64,000 nucleotides of DNA from Lama guanicoe. Taxonomy: Eukaryota. Made by a program: the position numbers and the translations under genes. The stretch spans positions 15,070,029 through 15,134,028 of the forward strand of contig MU054323.1 of NCBI GenBank assembly GCA_013239625.1, in the 5' to 3' direction. Shown piece after piece: positions 39,671 to 50,632 of the stretch. Each line of letters opens with the position of its first letter. The first letter of the stretch is position 1. The notes beneath the pieces were generated by a model. It did no database searches and was not told the origin of the DNA. It worked only from the letters and a program-made list of their open reading frames with translations.

Positions 39671-41332
39671 TTCTACTCACACTAAAAGACTTGCCACTGA
39701 AGGGGATAAAGGGGAATATTAGAAGTGACCTTGTCAACCGCTTCCATTTTGTCCATTAGGAAACTTGGTCCTGAATGGAATGAGGCTGCTAGTTCATGGT
39801 CATGCAGCTCCTTAATGCTTCAGAAGGGCTTCTGCTTCCCCAAACCGATAGGATAGGGGTTAGGAGGAGGGTGCGGGAGAATTGGTAGGGCAGCAGTGAA
39901 GGAGGAGAGTAGCAATCTAGAATGTCTGAAAGTCCCGAAGGACAGTGGGAGGAGAACTTCCATCTAGGGGCCATTGAAACTGGGCCGTCGAGTGCAAACC
40001 CTTCTTTCACGAACCTGTGGATAACATGCCTCCAAAAGCACTCAGCACTTTAAACCAGCAGCACTCATAATTTAGTGCTACTAGGCAACTATTACTAAAC
40101 CCTGCAAGATAAGCCATTCTGTTTTCTACCAAACTCATCTCAAGAAAAATGAAGCTTTATAGGAGATTCCATTACCTGTATCTCCCCTCGTAAGTGACTG
40201 AAACTCACATTTCAATTGCATATTAAGCAATCAGGCTCGAGTAACCAAAGATGTCGTCAGGATTCTCACTCATCACCCCTTGTTATCTTCTCTGCACATC
40301 AGCCTCATTATCCATACTGATGATGAACTTGGTAAGACCCTTACAGCTTCATCAGCAGAGGGAGAATTGACCCCTACTTTCTCTAGTTCCAACTTCAAAA
40401 ATCCCCAGGCTCAGCGGAAGTCATAAGCATACTCATTTACCAGGAAAAAAAAATCCAAGAGGAGGGGAGGACCTAGATTGTGCAAGACCTCAGCAGCTGC
40501 CAGTTCCACTCCTGGGGACGTTCTCAGTAAGATAGCAGGTAGGGTGCTTAGCAAATAAAGTATTAACTGCCCACTACAGGCTTGCCTTTGGGAAACAATG
40601 AGGAGAGGGCCCCATTCAGTAACCATTTCTTTAACTTCATGGGACTATGACAGTTTTTCAGGGCTTTAAAAATTTATTAGTATATATAAGTAGATGTCAG
40701 ATCGCATTAACCAAATAACTGGTAACAAATCTGATATAGAGAACCAAATATAACAAATTAAAACTAGAGCAATGAAATCTTATAAGAATTTTTTATTTTA
40801 GCATAGATATGTTTTAATTAAAGTTGTGACATTTAATGAAAGATGAACTTTGAATTCCTATAGGATGTTAATAGTAACTTAAACAAATGTAAGTAATTGT
40901 ATTCATATAAGCTGGCTTTAGATGGGTTGCATTTGACATAACCTTCCAGAATTTTGAATGAAATTTTGTTCCAGAATTTTGTTCACTCAACAATTTATCA
41001 GTATAAATTTATAAAATTTACTTTTACAATTATTGGAAATCCCAACTCAATGTAACAAGCCAAAAGGAAATGTTTATTGTAAACAGCAATGAATCCTGAA
41101 GGTTGTGGCATTTCTAGTCTTGAGTGGTTTGAATTTTTCCAGACTGATTTGGACTCTGATCGATATAAAAATTATTTTCCCTCCCTCTTCTACTTCATGC
41201 TATGTGTATAATAGTTTAACCTCTATGTTTCCCATTTGTTTAATGTTTACTTGGGCATATCTGAAATTTTACGTATCTTCATACTGAAAATAAAACAGAA
41301 AGGGCTATTTCTTTTTACAGTAATAGATCATA

Positions 41333-41860
41333 CATTATTGGCTAAGATTCTTAGTAACTGAAAACAGTGTCAAATATAGCTTGTTTAAGCAGAAAGGGAT
41401 TTATTAGAGAGCATTAAGTACTGTACAGAATTCTTGGGAAAGCCACAGAGACAGATTTGTATTATATGCAGCTCAAAATAAAAGGAGCCAGGAGAAAGGT
41501 TCATCTACACCACAGACTATTCTAGCAAAAAATCTGGCGCTGAGGCTACACAACTGGGTAACCAGAACACTGGGATCTGATACTTGAACCTATGCCAGAG
41601 CCACCCCAGAAGAGTCAGATGTCCCCAACATCACACATTAGAGAGGAGTTAACATTCTCACATACCTGCACCCGTGTCTCACCTTGCTCTTCCTTATCTC
41701 ATTATGTCAGCCCAGGAGAACCTTGCCTCGTCTGGAACCCAAGCTTCTCGTGAGCTTGGGAAGTACAGTTTCCACCTTTCCAGTCTCAGAGTGCACAGAG
41801 GCATGCTAGGAGAAAGTTAGAATAGAACTTAAACAAGCAATCCCAAAGTACCTGCCCCAT
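41333..41860 (-). mobile_element. Old MaLR LTR (MLT1L/M/N-like)
   Basis: 'ttgtttaagcagaaagggatttattag...cacctttccagtctcagagtgcacagagg'. Confidence 0.55.
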
Positions 41861-41936
41861 ATTATGTACAATTTGTTGGCAGTTTTCTCTTTCCACTTAA
41901 CAACATGTTTTTCTAAGTCAGTACACATAGATCTCT

Positions 41937-42125
41937 ATGATGGTTCATTTTCTATGTCAACTTAGCTAGGCTATAGTTCACAGTTGTTTAATCAAACGCT
42001 AATCAAGATGTCACTGTGAAAGTATTTTATAGATGTGTTAACATGTATAATCAGTTGAGTTTACGTAAAGGCAATTATTCTTGATATTGTGGGTGGGACT
42101 CATTCAATCAGTTGAAGATTGCAGA
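41937..42125 (+). mobile_element. MLT2D-like ERVL LTR 5' fragment
   Basis: 'tatgatggttcattttctatgtcaacttagctaggctatag...gtgggtgggactcattcaatcagttgaag'. Confidence 0.85.
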
Positions 42126-42139
42126 GAAAAAACTACAAA

Positions 42140-42464
42140 TATTTATTATAGCAAATAAACTTCAAAATTTCAGATGCACAACACAATAATGCTTATTTCT
42201 TGATGGTGTAAATCCAACATGGCTCCGTCAGGCAGCCCTTTTCCATATTGTGACTATGCCATCTGGGACAGTGGTCTCCAAGGGTCACGTGGCAGAGGAA
42301 GAGAAGGGCGGGAGGAATCACACCCCTCCCGACTGCCTCCACAGTCCTGCCTTTTGCTCACAGTCATTGGCCAGAGGTAATCAGATGTTCCCAAGCTAAG
42401 GAGAAGGAGTTTGGGAAATGTAGAAGAGAATATGGATCTTTGAGAGCACTAAGTTTCTGTCATA
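42140..42464 (-). mobile_element. MLT1I/J-like MaLR LTR
   Basis: 'ttgctcacagtcattggccagaggtaatcagatg...gggaaatgtag...gagcactaagtttctgtcata'. Confidence 0.65.
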
Positions 42465-42536
42465 CACCCTTCCATTGCTGAAGGACATTTAACTAACCAT
42501 GTTAAATGCATGTTTCTTTTTTAAAAATTGTTAATG

Positions 42537-42577
42537 GGAAGGAAGGAAGGAAGGGAGGAAAGGAGGAAGGAAGGAAA
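42537..42577 (+). repeat. (GGAA)n-like purine tract
   Basis: Read directly. Confidence 0.85.
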
Positions 42578-43539
42578 GAAGAGATAGTCTTCATCACTTA
42601 ATGATTTTATTCCTACAGGATATGCTTCTAAGTGGAATTATGGGACAAACTATATTCACATTTTAAAATTAATAGATACTTGAGAAGTAATTTCTGAAAA
42701 AGTGTAATAGTTTCACTCCTACCAACAGTAGGAAAAGTACTTTTTTTTGCACATCTTCATCATCACTAGATGTTATTAATATTTTCAAAGTTTTCCATTC
42801 TGATGATGATACTTTCAAGTGTTTAATTTTTCTATTAGTTGGGTTTAACATATCTTCTTATGCTTATTATTTGTATTTCCCCTTCTCAAATTGCCTGTAC
42901 CTATAATTTGCCCATATCTCTGTTTGATGGTATGTGTTTTACTTATTTTTAGGGAATAGTTTTATTTATTTTATAGGAATTTATCCTATATGTATTTATT
43001 TTGTTGCAGATATGTTCTTGCTGTCATATGTCTTTGTAGTGTTTATTTCTTGTGATCCAAACTTTGTTTTTATCTGAACAAATCCATTACACTTTTCTTT
43101 TGATGCATCCTGTCTTATTTAGGAAATGCAATCAAAACAAAAGTTATAAAAAATAGTCTACTATAGTTTCTTCAGATACATTATATTTTATTTTCCTAGT
43201 TAGCTTTTTTAGTCATCTGTAATTTATTTTTGCATTGTATGAGTTGAATATAGGCTTTATTTTCTTCCAAATCAATGGTTAAATTGTTAAAAACTTTAAC
43301 CAAATAAGCCATTCTTTCCTCTACATAATGGAATAGAATCTCTAATATATGCTTAATTTCCATGTATGCTCAAGCTTATCTTGGGCTCTCTGTTCCAGTC
43401 TGTTGCTTTGCTTACTTATTCCTTTCCTCAATCAGTACATTTATTGAAAATTTTAAGACCTGGGATAGGATAAGTCCTCTTCTATTACATGTAGTTTTCA
43501 ACGTTTTCTTAGCGGCATTATACATGATTCTTTTTATAT

Positions 43540-43997
43540 AGTGTGGGATGTCTGTATTTGTATCTCCTGTTTAACTTTCTTCTGTATTTTGGGAGGCTGG
43601 CATAAGTGGACTGCTTTACTCTGAATCTCTTGTCTCTTGTTTCCATTTGAGCTTGGCCAATGAGAAGTGCCAACAAGAGACTGAAGGACAGATACAGCAT
43701 TTGTTCACTCCGCTCCTTCACAACAGGACTACCAGTCCTCAGTAGCTTCCTTCCAGTGGGCCATAGTTCTCATTAGGTGGTCTCTCCTATGGCTAGAGTT
43801 GGTACTCTCTGTTCTTTACTCCCTCCCTTTTCCCATTTGTTTAGAACTGAGGAGGGTAAAATGAGTCCAGGGGGCTTCGTCGTCTCCTGTGGTTTCCAAT
43901 TCACCCTACCAAAACCTTTGTAAATCATCTCTTCATTTCCTCAATTTCTCCATTTAAATGTGCCATCTGCTTTCTGCCAGGAAGCTAATGATATACA
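43540..43997 (+). mobile_element. LTR33 (ERVL) solo LTR
   Basis: Starts 'tgtgggatgtctgt...gggaggctg' and ends 'tgtgccatctgctttctgccaggaagctaatgatataca'. Confidence 0.8.
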
Positions 43998-45744
43998 AAG
44001 GAACTGTTAGAATTGAGCATAGAAAATACCATTGGGACTATTATTGGAAACATGTTAATTGTATATACTAATTAGGGAAGGATTTATATGCTTGTTAGTA
44101 AATCTTCCCCTCAGGAACACCATCACTCTTTATTTGTCCTTCAATGAATGTTTTCCTTTAAATAGTTTTTTTCCAACATTCTTGTTTGTTAATTTATTCC
44201 TAGGGAGTTTATGATTAATGCTGCTATTGAGATTAGCATATTTTTAAAATTTCCGTTCTAACAGGTTTTTGTTACTATGAAAAAAAGTCATTAAATTGTA
44301 TCTTTATCGTATATCCAGGTAACTTACTATATACAACTTATTATTTTTGAGTCTTGTTTTCTGGCTCATGGAATTTTCTAAGTTTATACAAACAAATCAT
44401 ATGAAAAACATGGTAATTTTATTTCTTGTTTTCAAATATTGATACCACTTACTCACTCTCTTGTTATGTTATATGAACTAAAAGTACAAAATAAAATTTT
44501 AAATAGTGATCTGTAGGAAGCATCCCTCCCTTATATTTGATTTTAAGATCAATGACTGTACTATTTTATCATTCATCATGATTTTTTTAGAAAATAAATT
44601 TTTACCATTTTTATTCCCCTCTTTTTACTTTAAGTGAATTATTTTAATCAAAGTATTTCACAGAATCTATTGACACTGAGAGGTTTTTCCCTATAATTAA
44701 TATTACAAATCATATAGCTAGATCTTAATTTTGAAACAATCTTGCATCTCTGGAGTAAATCATTTGGCCACAAAATATTATTATTATTTTAAAACACTGC
44801 TGCAATTCTATTTATAGTTGGGATATTTATGTCTGTATTCATAGGTGACCTAGACAAAATATTGTACCATCCTTTCAAGTTTTTGTATGAGGTATTGTGT
44901 TCACTCTATAAAATGAGTTTTTAAAGCTGTTTTTATTCCATTCTCTGAAAAAATCTGGTTATATAGAAAATCTCTGTTTCTTGAAGGTTAATTAGAACTT
45001 AACTGTAAAAACCAGCCAAACCTTATATATTTTAGTGTTAGATTGTTAATAATCTTTTACATACATACAGTGCAAAAATTGGTCTGCTCAAATACTTAAT
45101 CCCTTCCTGTATAAATTTTTTATTTTATAGATTGCTAAAAATCACTTATTTCTCTATTTGCATTTGCTTTTATTTAGTGTTTCACTCTAGTTTGTATTAT
45201 TTTGTTTTTAATCCTTTATTTTAGATTTAACATTATATATTTTATTATTTTATTGTTTTTTTTCTTAAGTTGAACACTTAAACATGTATGTTCTCTTTTG
45301 CTAAAAATAAAAGCGTCTAGATTATACATTTTTTAATTTATGCTATATCTCATAGATTTTGATAATTAGTGTTCTTATTACTATCAACTTCTAGATATAA
45401 TTTAACTTTTGTTTTTCAAATTGATCCAAAAACTTAAAAGCTTTCTTGATTTCAATTGAAATTGTTTTAAGACTTAATTTCAGTGACCTCATTTTTGAGG
45501 TATTGTTTTTGTTTTTTTGTTTTGTTTTGTTTTGTACCCAAATAATAGGACCTCTAAATGGCTACATTTTGGAATTTAAGGTTTATTTTTGTTGTCAAGT
45601 ACATAATAATTATGTTGTAATGTTCACATTTTCTGTATGAAATCTTTTTAATTGGATCATGTTTTAATGTAATCTATCACTCTGAAAGAGGGATATTAAA
45701 GTACGACGGTTTCAATTCTTTTTAATCGAGTTCTCCTTGAATAC

Positions 45745-46486
45745 TCTGCCAGTTATCAAATTATTGTCAGTTGTAAATCTGCCCTTCACTGCCCTACTTG
45801 TGATACTGGAGCTGGGTCCTATAAACATTTCTTCTTTGGCACGTGGCCAATATTAGCCTTTGTCAGTAGGGGGCGGTGGAGGGACGTTGTGGGAGAAAGG
45901 GACTTCTCTTTCTGGTTCCAGTGAACTGCCCTTTTCTTCTTTCTCCTCTGGCAGTTGGCCGGCATGCAGGACTCCCAGTGGAACTGGTCCTCAGCAAATT
46001 TTAGCAGTTCTCTTATGGGTAGCTTTCTGGAGAGTTCCACAAGCACCCCAGCTAGCTTCCATGTCAGTTTTACTGGCACCCTAAATAGCTTTTAAGTGAA
46101 TTTCAACAGCACCACCTGGGCAGCCTCCTGGAAACTTTTGTTACTATTCTAGCTGGCTGTTCCTGCTTGCCAGCTGCAATCTGCAGTATCTTGGTGAACT
46201 TCACCATCTAAGGGCTGTAGTCATACCTTCTCCAATGACATCTAAATCTCAGCCTGAGGTGAGGGATGCAGAGAGGGAAGGGAGTGGTCCCAAATGTGTT
46301 CATTTTTTAGGTAACCAGTCTCAGCCCTAGGGGGTTCCCTCTACTCTGCCCTTCTTGCATTCTTTAGTGCTCACTTTATTTCTTAGTAGCTAATTCCTTG
46401 TTATTAGTTAAAATTTTCTTACATTTAACTTCCACATTTAAATTATAGTGTGATTATTATCTCCTGACTGGACCCTTTCTGATACA
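45745..46486 (+). mobile_element. LTR41 (ERVL) solo LTR
   Basis: 'gccagttatcaaattattg...gcccttcactgccc...ggagctgggtcctataaacatttc...tttgtcagtagggggcggtggaggga', ending 'ctcctgactggaccctttctgataca'. Confidence 0.82.
45860..45878 (+). promoter_or_regulatory. Predicted CTCF binding motif in LTR41
   Basis: TTGTCAGTAGGGGGCGGTG resembles the CTCF core CC(A/G)(C/G)(C/T)AG(A/G)(G/T)GGC(A/G). Confidence 0.6.
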
Positions 46487-47445
46487 TTTACCAGGTAGTT
46501 TTGCTGCTTTAAAAAATATATATTATTACATAATATTTTCTGATACATTTACTGATTTATTTTTGCCTGAAATTCCCCACTTTCTGATATTATAACCACC
46601 CCTTATTCTTTGCACTTACTTTATCTTTGCCCTTCTTTGTATTTATAAAACACTTTTTTTTTATTTCAGTTACATTTCTTATAAAAAGTATATAGCTGGA
46701 CTTTGTCTTTTAATTGGAGAACTCAGTCTATTTGCATTTATTGCGAAAAGTCATGTGTTTGTTCTCATTCCCATCTAATTTTATGTTAATTTCTTCATTA
46801 TACTCTTTACTTATGTTTTTGTACTTCCACTGGCTTGAACAAGTTGTTTTTGTGCTCAGTTTATCTTGTTTTGCATTTCAATTGCCCCCTACCAATAATT
46901 TGGCAATAATAATATGTTTTTCTATTGCTTGAATAGTTTATCAGCCTGTATTTTAAGCAGTCATATTAAAACCCATATTTCTCTGCTCTTTTATTAAAAG
47001 TAATAGTACTTTTACCATTGCCACAGTGGCAGGACCATAAAAATATTTTACTCTCTCACTCATTCATACCATTGCCAAATCCTAGATTTTTCTGAGTATG
47101 TACTTTAGAAATGCAATTCCATGTTATTTTTCACTTTTTCCTTAGAGCATGCCTCTTCTCTTCTTAGTATACTTATTCAACAGTGATTACGTTTTGCAAT
47201 CACTTTATCCTCATCCACTTGACAACACCTACATATTTTGCTAGATTCACTGCTCGCTACTATTTATTGTATTTTTTTATTTTCCATTTGCTTTAGATTT
47301 GTATTCAAATTTACTGTCATTTATGCTGAGTACATCCTTGAGTAATTTTGAATGAGAACATGAGTAGAATACTTTGAGTTCCTACATATCACAAAATGTC
47401 TTCTTCTTTCATCATACGAATAACATCTCCAGGAGTAGGATTTTT

Positions 47446-47518
47446 TTTAATTGAGGTATAGTCAGTTTAAAATGTTGTGTCAATCTCTGGTATACAGCAC
47501 AATTCTTCAGTCATACAT
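47446..47518 (-). mobile_element. Ultra-short young L1 3' terminus
   Basis: 'aattgaggtatagtcagtttaaaatgttgtgtcaatctctggtatacagcacaattcttcagtcatacat' resembles the L1 end at 19170-19250; 8-bp TSD ggattttt at 47438-47445 and 47519-47526. Confidence 0.85.
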
Positions 47519-49175
47519 GGATTTTTATACAACAGTGCCTTCTCTCTTAAAAGCTTATAACCATTGTTCCACTAGCTTCTACTGTCATACATAAGAAGTC
47601 AAAGTGAACCATTCTTTTTCATTAATTTGAACTTTTTTATTTGTCTGAAAAATGTATATATTTTTTCTCTTTCCACAGAGGCCAGAAATTTTACAAAGAT
47701 ATATCCAGAAGTATGCCTTTTCCATCACTTCTACCTGACATGTGATAAGCCCTTTTGATCTTTCTTCAGATCAGGGAGCTGAAGATTATTGCTTTGATTA
47801 TTGATTCCACCTCCATCTGCTCCTTTTGCTACTGGAGTGCTGATTATTTGCATATTACTTCCCCTGGGACTCTCCTGCATGTCTCATATTTTCAGTCGTG
47901 AATTACATTTTTTAGTGTTTCTCCTTTGTGTTGAAATCTTGTTCCTCTATTTAACCTTCTGACCACAAACTCTGTTTTCAGCAGCATGGATTCTGTTTTT
48001 CACCTTTAATGGTGCAACCTCTCCAACAGAGCCACCTGTTTCCTTTTTTCAGCTTTGCCTCCTTCTTGAGCTTCCTTTGCCTGTTCCTGTCAGAGAGAGC
48101 CTCCTCAGTGTGAGTTGTCACCTCAGCTCTTCAGCAGTAATGGACGATCCAGTAGTGAAAAATATGATAAGATTTTCTCCACCAGCAGATGGGAAGTGAC
48201 AGGACTAAATTAAGTCCTCTTCACGGAGGCTTAGCCAGGAGGCTTCTCCAGTGTAGAGAACCATCCTCTCCCAGCTAAATGAGGAAGTGGTAGTTCTACT
48301 CTACCTGGATATTTCTCTCAGACAGCTAAAGTGAGCAGGAAAATTATTTCTTCCAGGGATTCATGAAGCAAGATGACAGGTCATTCTTTTCCCTGTGTTA
48401 ACTCAGATGTTCCACCCTAGCCACGAATCAGAGCCTCATCATGGGCTTTTCCAAAGAGGCAGAGCCACATTGTAATGATTGGGTCTTTGCTCAGCATTTA
48501 CAACAGCAGTGCCCTGAAGGTACATCTTCTCATCAATGAATCTGAGGTCTTAGATGTAGCAACTGGGATCTCCCCCAGGTTTTCCAGTTCTATGCTATGC
48601 TTTGCCTAGTAGTTCAGCGCGCCAGTAAGAGGAAGGTCATGATTATATATGCTCAGTCCATTTCCCCATGTTAATGTTAATCTTTCTTGTGTTTGGAAGG
48701 ATCTATTTCTTGCTCCAATGAAACTATTCCTTTGGTTCAAAATTGAAACATTTGAGAAATATACAATGTACTAAGGGAGTATTGCTATAATCCCATATCT
48801 CCATTCCACTCCACATCACTCCAGTCCCAAATCACCATGAGTAATTTGATTCGATCTTTCTTCAGGTTCTTTCTGTGTATAGCCTGATATCACAAGTATA
48901 AGATTTATAGTCAAGATTCTAAGCAAATTCTCTTCATTTCTATAATCAATTTATACCTGTCTCTGAAATCCCAGCTATATAATGTGAACATTTTACTCCA
49001 ATCAATTTCAGTGTCTCTCAACCCAACACAATGATTTCTTGACAGATTTAGTTTTATGATACAATCATATCTTAGCTTACCATAAATTCCTAGGTTTTTC
49101 TCTGTATCTACTTGCTGTCTAACTTGTCTGTATTCTTATGGGTTTGCTAGCCTACTTCCCAGTAGGGTTAGTAAG

Positions 49176-49679
49176 TGGATTAGTCAGACCTCTCCAGAGA
49201 AATAGAACCAATAAGCTACAAAAAGAGATAAGAGAATATTTATTATAGGAATTGGCTCAAGCAGTTATGAGGCCAAAGAGTCATAGATCTGCTGTCTGCA
49301 AGCTGGAGAATTAGGAAAACTAGTGGTATGATTCAGTCGAAGTCTAAAAGCCTAAGAACTGGGCAAGGGGTGGTGGGTAGGGGTATACTGATGTTGCTCT
49401 TGATCTGAATCCAGAAGTCCAAAAACCAGGAAGGAGAAAATAGATGTTTCAGCTCAAGCAGAGAAACTAAAGCCACCTTTCCTCCATCTTTTTGTTCTAT
49501 TCAGGGCCTCAGCAGATTGGATGATGCCTATCCATATGGGGAAGGACTATCTGTTTTACCAATTCAAATATTAATCTCCTCCAGAAATACCTTCACAGAC
49601 TCACTCAGAAATAATGTTTTACCAGCTGTCTGGGCAACCTTTAGCAAAGTCAAATTCACACATAAAGTTAACCATCCCA
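49176..49679 (-). mobile_element. MLT2B-like ERVL solo LTR
   Basis: 'ttagtcagacctctccagagaaatagaaccaata...ctgtctgcaagctggaga...caaattcacacataaagttaaccatccca'; TSD gtaag/gtagg. Confidence 0.9.
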
Positions 49680-50210
49680 GTAGGAAAAGAGAGGTCATTG
49701 TTTGACTTGGAATCATTGTTAAGCAACTTGGGCCATTGTTAGGTCATTGTTATGACTCTACATATACACCCTTCCCATCTGTTCCCACATCCTAGAACTT
49801 CCTCAGCTTTTAGCCCAGCTGGTGTTGTCTGGAGGAGCGATTCCTAGAGATTTCCACCATGTATGCTGACTGTACGTGGGCTGTCTACTTCTTACCACTG
49901 CTGTAGGTTGGGATTTCTCCTCAATTTGCACTTCTTCAAATACTTGGACCTGCCTCTCCACTACTTTTACAGCCGGCTCCGGCAGTTTGGCTCTCTCTAC
50001 TCCTTTCAGAATGCAGAGGAAGTGCTCTGCTATCTCCTCCTTCTCCCATCTCCACATGCCATCCAGCCATTTCTTCTGTTCACTCTACCTTGTGGTTGGT
50101 CTGTGAGTACTTCCACTAGCTTCCCACTTGAAGAACTATACAGATTCCCCTATGCTTAGATCTTTAAATCTTCTCAAAGGAAAATCTGATTTTCTTCTCT
50201 TTCTTCTCCC

Positions 50211-50212
<2 letters not shown>

Positions 50213-50244
<32 letters not shown>
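50213..50244 (+). repeat. (TG)16 microsatellite
   Basis: Read directly. Confidence 0.97.
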
Positions 50245-50248
<4 letters not shown>

Positions 50249-50547
50249 GGGGAATGTAACACAGGAAAAAAGCAACTCACTAAACATCCATTTTATCTCA
50301 GTTCCTCCTCTCTTTTCTGCCAAATTCAGCCATCCTTTTTTCAAATTTTTCAACTGCATCTTTCCTTTCATACTAGGAAAGAAGAACAAAAGCAGCAGTG
50401 GTCATAAAAAACTATTGGTATGAAAGTATTAGTCCACCATAAATTAAAACCTCACATGGCAATAAAGCCTATCAATAGTTCATTGTTGAACACCCATATG
50501 GGCTGACCTCCTGTGGATATTAGCTTTTCCTCTTCATTCACCTTAAA

Positions 50548-50632
50548 CCAAATATTGCACAGGACATGATTATACTGAAAAATTGCTCCTCATTTATCTG
50601 AAATTCAAATTTCCCTGGGCATCCTGTATTTA
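50548..50632. mobile_element. MER53 half-element
   Basis: 'ccaaatattgcacaggacatgattatactgaaaaatt...tttatctgaaattcaaatttccctgggcatcctgtattt'. Confidence 0.8.

Larger units (their letters stand above)
42600..47950 (-). mobile_element. Long, highly decayed L1ME element (ORF2 to ORF1), interrupted by LTR33, LTR41 and a tiny young L1 end
   Basis: Successive antisense L1 motifs such as 'cactcctaccaacagtagg', 'ttatcgtatatccaggtaactt', 'cttgcatctctggagtaaatc', 'tttcttgaaggttaattagaacttaactgtaaaaacc' and 'ccattgttccactagcttct'. Confidence 0.7.
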
